Shown: positions 45,468 to 54,780, counted from the stretch's first letter. The stretch: 56,188 nt of DNA from an uncultured Desulfovibrionaceae bacterium (GCA_964371565.1 CAYJND010000001.1:1-56188); one strand, 5' to 3'. Numbers and translations: made by a program. Notes: a model not told the origin generated them from the sequence alone.

Positions 45468-46798
45468 CGTACGCTTTCCCCTTTGGCGGCGCGTTCGTCT
45501 TTAACGCGCTTTTTCCACGCATACATACGCTCATCAGCCTTGGCTAAAATTTCTGCCATAGAGTTGCCCTCTTGGGGAAATTGCCCAAAGCCAATGCTGG
45601 AAGATATATTTATATTAAGCGTATCGATATAAAATTGCTTTTTGGATAAAGCATCAATACGTGCAATAATACTTTTTAAAGCAGTTTCAGAAAACTCTTG
45701 CTGTAAAATAAGCACAAATTCATCGCCGCCCATGCGCGCCACCACGCTATCAGCCTTAAAATTATGGCGCATGCGCTCCACAAAGGCTACGAGTAATTTA
45801 TCACCCACCTCATGCCCGTGCACATCATTAACAGGCTTAAAGTCATTTAAATCCATATAAAACAGGGTAAAAGCATCTTTTGGGGTCAATTGACGCTGTT
45901 CTATGTATTCTTCCACCATCTTTCTATTATAAGCAGAGGTTAACACATCCATATAGCTTAATTTTTTAGATTTTAAATGTTTAAGCTCAAATTTTTTAAT
46001 TATATAATACATAATAGTAGCAAGCACAGTGTAACTTACAAGAAAAGACAAAAAGACTATATTCAATTGCTCTATCTTGCTCTTATCATACAGATATAAG
46101 CTCCATGTTTGATCGCCTAAGGTAAATATGCGCTTATAACCTTTATCCTTATCAAAGCCTTCGCTACTACCCACCTCTACAGCTTGCCCCTTAAATATGG
46201 TATATACGCCATATTCAAAGTCAAAGTTAGCAAGAGTACCTATACCTATAACGTCTTTGAGAATTTTTTCCACATCAAAGCCCACAGATATAAAGCCCCA
46301 AAATTCACGCTTGCCATCAGCAGTATAGTGAAAAACGGGACGCCGAGACACAATGGCTTCTATATTTCCTGTTTTATAAGGGCCGGCAAAAATAGTACGT
46401 CCGCTATTTTTTGCATATATGGCATCTTCGCGGCTATGCTTTTCTGTGAGCACATCCATACCCACAGTCCATTCATATTTTTCTTCAGGATAAATATACT
46501 GCACAACCCCCTCAGGTTGATACGAGATAAAAACATAGTATTGTGAGTTAAAAATAATACGCGATATATCATCAAAATTTTTCTTGCTCAATGCTCCGGG
46601 GAAAAGATTAAACATCTCTTGCAAAACGCGCCCATCATCTACAATTTCTTGTACAACGCTTTGAATGCGCCCAGCATAGAGCACGGCTACTTCCTGCTCT
46701 TTTTTATGGGTACCTTCCCAAAACTTATGCGCTTGAAAACTAGCAAACAGCACAGAGCAAAAAAGCATGATAATATAAAATTTTTTTGAATAACGCAT
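45464..46798 (-). CDS. Diguanylate cyclase with a periplasmic Cache-like sensor
   Basis: 444 aa. TM helix, periplasmic domain of about 230 aa, TM helix, then GGDEF (ARMGGDEFVLIL, DLNDFKPVNDVHGHEVGD). Confidence 0.88.
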   Translation of the reverse strand: MRYSKKFYIIMLFCSVLFASFQAHKFWEGTHKKEQEVAVLYAGRIQSVVQEIVDDGRVLQEMFNLFPGALSKKNFDDISRIIFNSQYYVFISYQPEGVVQYIYPEEKYEWTVGMDVLTEKHSREDAIYAKNSGRTIFAGPYKTGNIEAIVSRRPVFHYTADGKREFWGFISVGFDVEKILKDVIGIGTLANFDFEYGVYTIFKGQAVEVGSSEGFDKDKGYKRIFTLGDQTWSLYLYDKSKIEQLNIVFLSFLVSYTVLATIMYYIIKKFELKHLKSKKLSYMDVLTSAYNRKMVEEYIEQRQLTPKDAFTLFYMDLNDFKPVNDVHGHEVGDKLLVAFVERMRHNFKADSVVARMGGDEFVLILQQEFSETALKSIIARIDALSKKQFYIDTLNINISSSIGFGQFPQEGNSMAEILAKADERMYAWKKRVKDERAAKGESVR

Positions 46799-47064
46799 AA
46801 GAACCCACCTTTATGAAGAAAATATAAGGCAGAGCGAAAGAAATGACACATGTTCATAAGAACCTATGAGCAATGCCTCAATAAAATAAGATATATGCCC
46901 ATAAAGAGTCAAGTATAAAACCAGTACACTCATGACTTTTTCATCTACGCTTACAATAAAAAATTTATAGCATATTAGCACTATTTGTGTTTTTAAAGCA
47001 GATACTTTATTCTAGTCATATTTCAAAAAACATAGTCCATAACAGGCTGATAAGGATCGCAACT

Positions 47065-49296
47065 ATGGCTAAAAAAATTAGCAGAGAATTACGCGAACGT
47101 TTAATTCGTTTTAGCATTGGAATAGGCATTTGCTGCACCATGCTGGTTCTTTTCATCTGGCAACCCAACATATTGCAACAAGCCGACAGAAACGTCTATG
47201 ATGTGCTTTTACGTGCCAACGGCGGTGGCGAGCCCGCTGCTGCACCAGGCCTCATTGACCTTGATGATCCAAGTTTAGCTGAATTTGGGCAATGGCCTTG
47301 GCCGCGGCATTTGGTGGCAAAGCTTGTGGCAAACCTTACCGAATACGGCGCCGCTGCCATAGGGCTTGATATACTTCTGGCTGAGCCAGATAATGCTTCT
47401 GTTATAAATTTACAAAAATCTTTTCAGCGCCACTTTAACATTGATATACCTTTAGATAGCATCCCCCAAGCCTTACACGATAACGACCGCATCTTGGCTA
47501 CTATTTTAGCCCAAAGTCCCTCGGTTCTTGGCGTTTATGCCCGCTTTACCGGAGAGAAAATCCCCCTGCCTAAAGATATGCCCACCCCCGAAGGTATTAT
47601 TGAAATGACGGTTGCAGGAGGGCTTTCGCCTCGCACGCATATTATGACAGGCAAGGGCGCCACTGTGCCCCTGCCTGAACTACGCGCTGTGGCCCCTTTA
47701 GGCGCGCTTAATGTGGCGCAGGATGCTGACGGCATCATTCGCTCTGTACCTCTAATTTCTCAGGTAGATGGGCGCATTATGATCTCTTTATCCTTACGCT
47801 CACTCATGCGCGGCCTTGGCACAACTACACTTTCCCTCATTGGGGGCGCTGACGGCCTGCAAGCTTTACGTGTGGGTAAATATACCATTCCCGTCACACC
47901 CGATGGTCGCTTTATGGTGGCTTTTCGCGGGCCGCGTAATTATTACCCCACCTTTAGCGCCGCTGACATTCTCAATAAAAAAGTACCCCCCGAAGAAATA
48001 GAAGGACGCGTGCTCATTGTAGGCACCTCAGCAGCGGGGCTTTTAGATATTCGCGCTACGCCCTTTGACTCTATGTACCCCGGCGCAGAAGTGCACACCA
48101 CGGTTATTGATGCTATTTTAAGCAATCGTTTTATCGAAACACCAGCCTGGATACCCGGCGCGCAAGTGGCTTCTATTCTCTTTTTTGGGGGCATTGCCTC
48201 GCTCATTTTTGCCTTGGTGCCAGCCATTGCCTATTTGCCCCTTTTGGCAAGCCTTGTACTTAGTGTGAGTTGGGGTAGCTGGCATATTTTTCAGCAAGGC
48301 ATTTATCTCTCGCCCCTCTACACCCTTATTACCTTTGTGGCTTTAGCCGTAACCTTGCTCGGGGTGCGTTTTTGGCAAGAGGCTAGACAAAAAAGAACTC
48401 TTCGTAATGCTTTTAGCCGCTATATTGCCCCTGATATGGTGGCACGAATTGTTGACGTTGGCGAGGCAGTATTGGTGGGTGAAGAGCGTGTGGTAACCCT
48501 ACTCTTTACCGATATTCGCGGCTTTACCACCCTATCTGAAAGCCTTACCCCAGACCAAGTGGTAAATGCCCTAAATAGATATTTTACCCCCATGACTTCT
48601 ATCATTCGTGGCAGTCAAGGCACCGTGGATAAATTTATTGGCGATGCGGTCATGGCCTTTTGGAATGCGCCCTTAAATGTGCCCCGTCACCCATTGTTAG
48701 CTGTTAAAAGCGCCATGCAAATGCATGTGGCCTTGGCAGAACTTAATGAAGGCTTTCAAGAAGAAATAGGTATTAAATTGCGCATGGGAGCCGGTGTGCA
48801 CACAGGCAAGGTGTATGTGGGTAACATGGGTAGCGCCGAGCTTTTAGACTATACTTGCATTGGCGACACTGTAAACCTAGCCTCACGCCTTGAAGGCATG
48901 TGCGCCGTTTATGGCGTTGGCGTGGTTACCAGCGCCGAAACTGCCGACCAGTGCCTAGCCTACGCCACGGGTGATGACCCTATACCAGCAGAAGAAATAC
49001 CTTTCTTTATTCCGCTAGACTCCATTCGCGTAAAAGGTAAAACCCTGCCCGTAGAAATTTGTACGCCCATTTCTCACGAAGAAAAAGCCGCTCGCGCCGA
49101 TGAAATTGACCTTTTCATGCAAGCGCGCGCTCATTACGTAGAAGGTAATTTCACCAAAGCTTTAGAAGATTTTAACACCCTTAAAAACAACTTCCCAGAC
49201 TCTTTACTCTACGCACTGTATGCTGAGCGCAGTGAAGTATTACTGCAAGAACCCCCTGAAAATTGGCAAGGCGTGTGGACATTTACGAAAAAGTAA
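47065..49296 (+). CDS. CHASE2-sensor class III adenylate/guanylate cyclase
   Basis: CHASE2 signature DLDDPSLAEFGQWPWPRH...GLDILLAEPD, a TM bundle, the cyclase core LLFTDIRGFTTLSE...KFIGDAVMAFWNAP...GDTVNLASRLEG, and a TPR-like tail. The start is set to the ATG at 47065 (AAGGA upstream). Confidence 0.88.
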   Translation: MAKKISRELRERLIRFSIGIGICCTMLVLFIWQPNILQQADRNVYDVLLRANGGGEPAAAPGLIDLDDPSLAEFGQWPWPRHLVAKLVANLTEYGAAAIGLDILLAEPDNASVINLQKSFQRHFNIDIPLDSIPQALHDNDRILATILAQSPSVLGVYARFTGEKIPLPKDMPTPEGIIEMTVAGGLSPRTHIMTGKGATVPLPELRAVAPLGALNVAQDADGIIRSVPLISQVDGRIMISLSLRSLMRGLGTTTLSLIGGADGLQALRVGKYTIPVTPDGRFMVAFRGPRNYYPTFSAADILNKKVPPEEIEGRVLIVGTSAAGLLDIRATPFDSMYPGAEVHTTVIDAILSNRFIETPAWIPGAQVASILFFGGIASLIFALVPAIAYLPLLASLVLSVSWGSWHIFQQGIYLSPLYTLITFVALAVTLLGVRFWQEARQKRTLRNAFSRYIAPDMVARIVDVGEAVLVGEERVVTLLFTDIRGFTTLSESLTPDQVVNALNRYFTPMTSIIRGSQGTVDKFIGDAVMAFWNAPLNVPRHPLLAVKSAMQMHVALAELNEGFQEEIGIKLRMGAGVHTGKVYVGNMGSAELLDYTCIGDTVNLASRLEGMCAVYGVGVVTSAETADQCLAYATGDDPIPAEEIPFFIPLDSIRVKGKTLPVEICTPISHEEKAARADEIDLFMQARAHYVEGNFTKALEDFNTLKNNFPDSLLYALYAERSEVLLQEPPENWQGVWTFTKK

Positions 49297-49303
49297 AAGT
49301 CAT

Positions 49304-49337
49304 AAAAAAGGGTGTCATATAGTGACACCCTTTTATT
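49304..49337. terminator. Bidirectional intrinsic terminator
   Basis: AAAAGGGTGTCA, loop TATAG, TGACACCCTTTT (12-bp stem including the A/T flanks), between convergent genes. Confidence 0.75.
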
Positions 49338-49358
49338 TATTCATAGTTAAAAAAAGGT

Positions 49359-51446
49359 CTACCATTCACTCTTGGGTTCAATAATAATATCTTGATACTT
49401 GCTTTGAATAGCCATCATGGTATCTAATATTTCCATAAAGCTTTCTACCATTTCTGGGTCAAAGGCTGTGCCTGATTCACTTTTAATAATGCTCAGAGCC
49501 TTATCTAAAGGCATGGGTTCTTTATAACAACGGCGTGATACCAAGGCATCGAAGACATCCACAATGGAGGTAATACGCGCTTCCATGGGAATATCAGTAC
49601 CAGCCAAGGGACAGTCGCCCTCAATACCTGTATAGCCTTTGCCATCCCAGCGTTGATGGTGATGCAAAGCAATAGTAGCTGCCATTTTATCCACAGTACG
49701 CTTGGCGCCTTTAAAAATTTCTGCCCCAATGCAACTATGTTTTTCCATGATGGCGCGTTCTTCTGGGGTGAAGCGACCGGGCTTTTTAAGTACTTTATCC
49801 GAAATACCTACCTTACCTACATCATGTAGCATGGAAGCCAAACGAATATTAGGCTTAGCGGCTAAAATTTCAACCAGATCTATGCCTTTTTTCAAAGCCC
49901 AATGATGATAAAGCTCTGCAGCCATAGAGCCTACACGTAATACGTGAGGCCCTGTTTCTAGAGGGTCTCGCAAACGTGTGGTTTCTAAAACGCGTAAAAG
50001 CATATCTACGGTCACAAGGGCTTGTTCAATTACCTGCGCGCCCACAATGCATAGTTCGCGCAGTGAACGCTCTACTTGAAAAGAAAAAGGTATAGCACTA
50101 CCATCAAACATGCTGTTAATAATTTGCATAACAGCCAGCAATTCACCATCTGCAGACACAATAGGCAAAGCACAAATAGATACGGTATTATAGCCGGTGG
50201 CTTTATCAAAAGAGTCGTTAAAAGAATAAGGCGCGCCCTCTGGCAAGTTACGCACATTACCAATATTAAGCACAGATCTATTACAAGCCACATAGCCAGC
50301 TATAGACTCTGGCGTCATGGGTAAACGTGCATTTAAATATTGCTGACGTGCCGATTGTGAAGAGGTAAATAAAGTTTCGTTGTGAGAGTAAGAAAAGACT
50401 AATTGCCCATCTTCCACCAAATAAATAGTACCTGCATCGGCATGGGCTAAACCGCGCGCCTTAAGTAATAAAAGGTCAAGCACGGTGCTGATATCGGGAA
50501 TATTCATAAGCTCTGAAGAAAAGCTGCAATTATCGCAGTCAAACATGCTTGCCACATATTCATGGGGGCTTGTATGTATATCTGCGCAGCGCAATATAAG
50601 ACCTTCATAAGCCATGCACATTCGATTGCACAAATTTTCATTACTACTCAATAAACCGTGAGCAAGATTATCTAAATATTCATCATCGCTATAGGGGCCA
50701 TAATGCGATGGCACAAAGGTTTTAACATTAAACTCTTCAATAAGAGGAATCCACTGCTCAATGGCAGAGTGCCCCCAGCCCACATGATCCTTATAGGTGC
50801 TTAAGGTGTATTGCGAGTCTAAAATGGCAATATCTGCCCCCCTAAGCCCTTGGAAAAAAGATTTTTTCTTATCTTCTTCACTCACTTCAAGACCTAGTTC
50901 ATGGTCACCACTATAAAAAACACTATGTCCATTATACTCTACGCGGTACGCAGTGGCATAGAGGCCTTGCACATGGTCTCCGCCATGCCAAGCTTCATAG
51001 GGAGTTACCGTAACGCCCCCCTCAAGGGTGATGCGTTCTTGATCTTTTAAAGGAATAATGCGCCGTGTGCTCGCCAAGCTTTCCCACGATACAGGAAAAA
51101 AAGATGAGGAAAAAAGACTTTTCACAAAAGCATCCGCCGTCATCCCCCCAATGGATTCGGGGGCATAAATATCTATTTCCCAACCTTTTTTATATAAACA
51201 GTCAAAAAATGGCAGACCAGACACATGATCCCAGTGGCTATGAGTTAAAAACAAAGCGCACTTTTTCACCTTGGGCGCATCCTTAATGGACTCACCAAAG
51301 TTACGTATGCCAGAACCGGCATCTAGGATAATGTACGGAGCTTCAGCAACCTCTATGCCATAACAAGAGGTATTACCGCCGTGATGCATGTATGCCTCAC
51401 CGCCACTAGCTAAAGACCCACGCACGCCCCAAAGATGTACTTGCAT
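49359..51446 (-). CDS. MBL-fold hydrolase / GAF / HD-GYP three-domain protein
   Basis: 695 aa. N-terminus WGVRGSLA...GGNTSCY...LTHSHWDHVSGLPFF (metallo-beta-lactamase fold), a central GAF-like region, and C-terminal HDVGKVGI...HHHQRWDGKGYTG (HD-GYP). Confidence 0.8.
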   Translation of the reverse strand: MQVHLWGVRGSLASGGEAYMHHGGNTSCYGIEVAEAPYIILDAGSGIRNFGESIKDAPKVKKCALFLTHSHWDHVSGLPFFDCLYKKGWEIDIYAPESIGGMTADAFVKSLFSSSFFPVSWESLASTRRIIPLKDQERITLEGGVTVTPYEAWHGGDHVQGLYATAYRVEYNGHSVFYSGDHELGLEVSEEDKKKSFFQGLRGADIAILDSQYTLSTYKDHVGWGHSAIEQWIPLIEEFNVKTFVPSHYGPYSDDEYLDNLAHGLLSSNENLCNRMCMAYEGLILRCADIHTSPHEYVASMFDCDNCSFSSELMNIPDISTVLDLLLLKARGLAHADAGTIYLVEDGQLVFSYSHNETLFTSSQSARQQYLNARLPMTPESIAGYVACNRSVLNIGNVRNLPEGAPYSFNDSFDKATGYNTVSICALPIVSADGELLAVMQIINSMFDGSAIPFSFQVERSLRELCIVGAQVIEQALVTVDMLLRVLETTRLRDPLETGPHVLRVGSMAAELYHHWALKKGIDLVEILAAKPNIRLASMLHDVGKVGISDKVLKKPGRFTPEERAIMEKHSCIGAEIFKGAKRTVDKMAATIALHHHQRWDGKGYTGIEGDCPLAGTDIPMEARITSIVDVFDALVSRRCYKEPMPLDKALSIIKSESGTAFDPEMVESFMEILDTMMAIQSKYQDIIIEPKSEW

Positions 51447-51610
51447 TTTGTTAATCCACTGTTTTTAATTCGTTATTTTAAGACCACTGTCTGAAACATG
51501 TATGCACAAAGCATTTACACAAAAATGTAGCGAGTTCTCACAAAGTAGACTTTGCCTCAATCTTTGTCAATGAAACTCATATGCCTTTTATATAGTTAGC
51601 TTTATACTTT

Positions 51611-52804
51611 TTACATCCCAGCTGTAAGGCGAGCTATGTATTTTGGTAACAGCTTTTTCTCATCATAATGCTCTAGCACAAAAGCTCTTGCCTTTTGCCG
51701 CATTCTTTCTAAATTACTATGATGTTCTAAGGCATAACAAACCTTAGCCGCTATATCTTTAGCATCATGCATATCCGTTAAAAAACCATTTTCACCATCT
51801 TGTATCATTTCATGCACAGGAGCCGTATCAGAGCCCACCACTGTGCAAGCGCAGCTCATGGATTCTAACAAAGACCAAGAAGTGGTAAAAGGTACCGTTA
51901 AGTGCACGTGTACCGTAGATAAATGCAATAAAGATCTATAAACAGGATAACTTTGCATAGGTAGTACATGCACACGACTTGTATCTACAGCGACATGTTT
52001 TTGCATATAGTCCAAATAGCTTTGCCCCTGCGGTAAAGCTAAGGAATAAGAAACTTTCTCATCGCCCGCTATCACAATATGCGCCTCGGGAAATTTTTCC
52101 AAAATACGAGGAATCGCGCTGTAAAAACTCATAAAACCGCGATGCGGTTCTAAGGATCTAGCCAAAAAGGTCACCACGGCTTTGCCTTTTAGCGCTGCAA
52201 GGCTTTGGGGTAAAAAGTCCTCACTTTGAGCGCGCGCTTGGCAAAAAAAGTTTGTATCAATGCCATTATGCACGCTTTGCACCTTAGGCAGATACGGCGC
52301 GGGAAATTGCGCCCTTTGCCACTGGGTGGCAGTGATGGCCACATCTACCATATCTAAAGCGCCTAAAGTTATAATATTGCATTGCCTTTGTTGCACCCTT
52401 GTAGAAAAATCTGGCTGCAAAGATGTATAATGAATAGCCCTTTCTGTCTCTGGCCTATACATCCACTCAAAAAAACCCGTTTGCCTAGCCAAGGGGAAAA
52501 CTTCCTTACTATAGCTTATAGTGCCAAAATTAGCATGCCCGTGAATAAGGTCAGGTTCAAAGCCTTGCCTTTTTATACTGGCTTGTCCCTCGGCAAAAAT
52601 TAAAGACATTTCATTGATGCTCACCTTAGAAAGGTCTTTATGCTTGCTTTTAATTTGCAGCCAATTCACGCCCTTAGCCGCCAAGTCTTGCCGACGACGA
52701 AAAAGCGAAAGAAAGCACACTTCATTTTGAGGATTTTGTGCTAGCAGTTCAGATAATTTATGAAATTGTGCAGGGTAATTATGATGCACAAAAAGAATTT
52801 TCAT
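51611..52804 (-). CDS. GT-B fold (family 4-like) glycosyltransferase
   Basis: 397 aa. MKILFVHHNYPAQF N-terminus and a C-terminal region of E-x7-E type (ESMSCACTVVGSDTAPVHEMIQDGENG). Confidence 0.75.
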   Translation of the reverse strand: MKILFVHHNYPAQFHKLSELLAQNPQNEVCFLSLFRRRQDLAAKGVNWLQIKSKHKDLSKVSINEMSLIFAEGQASIKRQGFEPDLIHGHANFGTISYSKEVFPLARQTGFFEWMYRPETERAIHYTSLQPDFSTRVQQRQCNIITLGALDMVDVAITATQWQRAQFPAPYLPKVQSVHNGIDTNFFCQARAQSEDFLPQSLAALKGKAVVTFLARSLEPHRGFMSFYSAIPRILEKFPEAHIVIAGDEKVSYSLALPQGQSYLDYMQKHVAVDTSRVHVLPMQSYPVYRSLLHLSTVHVHLTVPFTTSWSLLESMSCACTVVGSDTAPVHEMIQDGENGFLTDMHDAKDIAAKVCYALEHHSNLERMRQKARAFVLEHYDEKKLLPKYIARLTAGM

Positions 52805-52818
52805 CTTTTTTCCTTATT

Positions 52819-53169
52819 TTACAAGCGCAACAAAATAATACCGCAAAAAAGCAAAGCCATACCCGCAAAGGCTTGCCAGCGCATTTTTTGCCCCAAAAAT
52901 ATCCATCCGCATAAAGAAGTGCCCAAAATACCAAAACAGCCCCAAAGGGCATAAGCCACAGATAAATCTAACTCTTTGACTGCTTTAGAAAGCAACCAAA
53001 AAGCAAGCCCCACCAAGGCTAAGGCTGTATATCCCAAAATCTTTTTCTTAAACCCTTGAGATTTTGCCAAAAGCACATTGGCCACAATATCGAGCATAGC
53101 CGAAGCCAGTACCAAGAGCACAGAAAAATTCACCAGCGGCGAGCCAGAAGCAAGCGTATTTACGTCCAT
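52819..53169 (-). CDS. SMR-family small membrane protein (subunit B of a paired SMR)
   Basis: 116 aa from the ATG at 53169, with 4 TM helices. It has SVAYALWGCFGILGTSLCGWIFLGQKM. TM1 carries Asp (MLDIVANVLLAK) where drug-type SMRs have the essential Glu. Confidence 0.7.
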   Translation of the reverse strand: MDVNTLASGSPLVNFSVLLVLASAMLDIVANVLLAKSQGFKKKILGYTALALVGLAFWLLSKAVKELDLSVAYALWGCFGILGTSLCGWIFLGQKMRWQAFAGMALLFCGIILLRL

Positions 53170-53170
53170 A

Positions 53171-53551
53171 TTACTTACCTGCCTCCTCAGTGCTTTCACC
53201 GCCATCAGTGCCCTTATGCACCAAAAAGCCCCCTAAAAGCACACAAAGAAGACCCAAGGAAGTTTTAAGACTTAAACTTTCTTGTAAGTAAAAAACCGAT
53301 ACGCCCACTATAAGCACGAGCCCCACAGCATCCCACAAGGCAAAAGCTACCCCCACAGGAATGCGTAACGTGGCCTTAGCCAAAGAAAAATACGATATGC
53401 CAAGGCAAGCCCACATGCAAAGTAATCCAAGCTCTGCCCCTAAAGACAATTCCCAGCCGTGGGATATTTTCATAATAGAGGTGCCTGCCACTTCAAAAAC
53501 AATGGCAGCCATAAGCCAAAGCCATGGTTGCCAAAAAATATGCGTTTTCAT
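53171..53551 (-). CDS. SMR-family small membrane protein (subunit A of a paired SMR)
   Basis: 126 aa from the ATG at 53551, with 4 TM helices. TM1 is AAIVFEVAGTSIMK with the conserved Glu, followed by VGVAFALWDAVGLVLI. The upstream 81 codons of the ORF run through the tandem repeat and are not coding. Confidence 0.7.
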   Translation of the reverse strand: MKTHIFWQPWLWLMAAIVFEVAGTSIMKISHGWELSLGAELGLLCMWACLGISYFSLAKATLRIPVGVAFALWDAVGLVLIVGVSVFYLQESLSLKTSLGLLCVLLGGFLVHKGTDGGESTEEAGK

Positions 53552-53574
53552 ACTGTTATTCCTATTGTCTCCCT

Positions 53575-53603
53575 TATATACCTGTTCTTGCCTTGGGCGG
53601 CAA
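53575..53603 (-). promoter_or_regulatory. Sigma-70-like promoter candidate for the SMR-SMR-GT4 operon
   Basis: On the minus strand: TTGCCG (53603-53598), 17 nt, TATATA (53580-53575). A 6-bp hairpin CTTGCC-N6-GGCAAG overlaps the -35 and the spacer. Confidence 0.35.
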
Positions 53604-53610
53604 GTCTTTA

Positions 53611-53962
53611 AGATAACGCTTGGTCGTACGTCCTGTACGACACAAGCTATCGCAAGCAGCGCCTGCGCATGGAGTAAATCCATGCTTGCCTTTCCCCCCA
53701 AGAAACTTGTTATACTTGAGGGGCTTGCTCCGCTGCGCGGCTTGCCGCCTCCTGCGGCTAGATAACGCTTGGTCGCATACCCTGTACGACACAAGCTATG
53801 GCAAGCAGCGCCTGCGCATGGAGTAAATCCATGCTTGCCTTTCCCCCAAGAAACTTGTGATACTTGAGGGACTTGCTCCGCTGCGCGGCTTGCCGCCTCC
53901 TGCGGCTAGATAACGCTTGGTCGCATACCCAGTACGACACAAGCTATGGCAAGCAGCGCCTG
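53611..53962. repeat. Tandem repeat, 2.4 copies of a 149-bp unit
   Basis: Copy 1 is 53611-53759 (149 bp), copy 2 is 53760-53907 (148 bp), and copy 3 is 53908-~53962 (partial). Copies 1 and 2 differ by about 7 substitutions and one 1-nt indel. Each unit keeps the hairpin GCATGGA-GTAAA-TCCATGC. Confidence 0.9.
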
Positions 53963-54081
53963 GGCTGATAGCAAATTGTTAGACATTTGCCATGCTTTTG
54001 CCACAGACAAAGCCCATAAAAAGACATCACCAAAACACTGTAACCCTAAAGCATATGACATGCCATAACACAGGAGTATAT

Positions 54082-54780
54082 ATGAGTGCAGTGAACTCTC
54101 TAAATCAAAAGGCTCTTATTCTCGCTTTTGAAAATGCCTTTGTGGATGAAGACGTTTTTGACGATGCCATAGCCAGTGCACAAAAAACCTTTCGTACCGT
54201 GCTCGCCGCCATGGCAAATCCGGGGCATATATTTTCTTTAAGCCCCGTCCCCACCTTACCTGTATGGCTTAAAGGAAGTGATGCAACAAGCTGCGCGCAA
54301 AGCCAAGGTCGCCTTGCCGGATTTATAGCCCTAGCCCGCGCCTTGTGCGATGGTGATACCGCTTTATGGCTCGATGAAAGCTTACGCAGTCCAGCGCTGT
54401 GCCAATATTTACGCTTTCACTGCGCTGCCCCCTTGCTTGACAGTCACTGCCCTGGCGAAAGCAACTTTGCCTTTATTGCTTCGCCGCAAAACATGCCGCG
54501 CCTCAGCGTGTTCCAGCAAAATTCTTTGCCCCAAGAAAAACACAATACCACAGTATTGATTGCTTGCGCCCTAGAGCACACTGCGGCGCATTCTTGCCAA
54601 GATACACCTAGCCTTCCTCTTGCAGGAACAGATAATGACCAACTCCCCCTATGGTTTTGGGAAGATTTTCAACACAATCATCATGCCTACCCCACCGGTG
54701 TAGATTGCATTTTTGTCGATGCCCATGCTGACGGTGTATATATTATGGCTTTACCCAGATCTGTGCGCATTAAAAAATAA
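54082..54780 (+). CDS. phnH: PhnH-like protein (C-P lyase complex subunit family)
   Basis: 232 aa from the ATG at 54082, with AGGAG 5 nt upstream. It aligns with E. coli PhnH blocks: AQKTFRTVLAAMANPG (cf. QHSFRRLLKAMSEPG), DGDTALWLD, LRFHCAAPL and PTGVDCIF...ALPRSV. Confidence 0.7.
   Translation: MSAVNSLNQKALILAFENAFVDEDVFDDAIASAQKTFRTVLAAMANPGHIFSLSPVPTLPVWLKGSDATSCAQSQGRLAGFIALARALCDGDTALWLDESLRSPALCQYLRFHCAAPLLDSHCPGESNFAFIASPQNMPRLSVFQQNSLPQEKHNTTVLIACALEHTAAHSCQDTPSLPLAGTDNDQLPLWFWEDFQHNHHAYPTGVDCIFVDAHADGVYIMALPRSVRIKK

Noticed and set aside
53552-53760. A guanidine riboswitch (ykkC / mini-ykkC / guanidine-III type) in the 5' region of the paired SMR genes.
   Set aside because: I read the minus-strand leader and repeat units. 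The hairpin GUCGUAC-AGGAC-GUACGAC contains GGACG, but it is not a GG-ACGR-CC tetraloop hairpin. It is not conserved in repeat copy 2 (GTCGCATACCCTGTACGAC), and none of the longer ykkC consensus blocks are visible. A covariance-model search would be needed to revisit this.
53574-53940. ORFs of 60-72 aa running through the tandem repeat (MSY(R/W)VCDQALSSRRRRQAAQRSK...), and the 81-codon N-terminal extension of the SMR gene.
   Set aside because: The copies differ by a 1-nt indel that changes the downstream frame. There is no RBS, and the composition is Arg-rich translation of GC-rich hairpin DNA. The SMR protein has a proper start and RBS at 53551.
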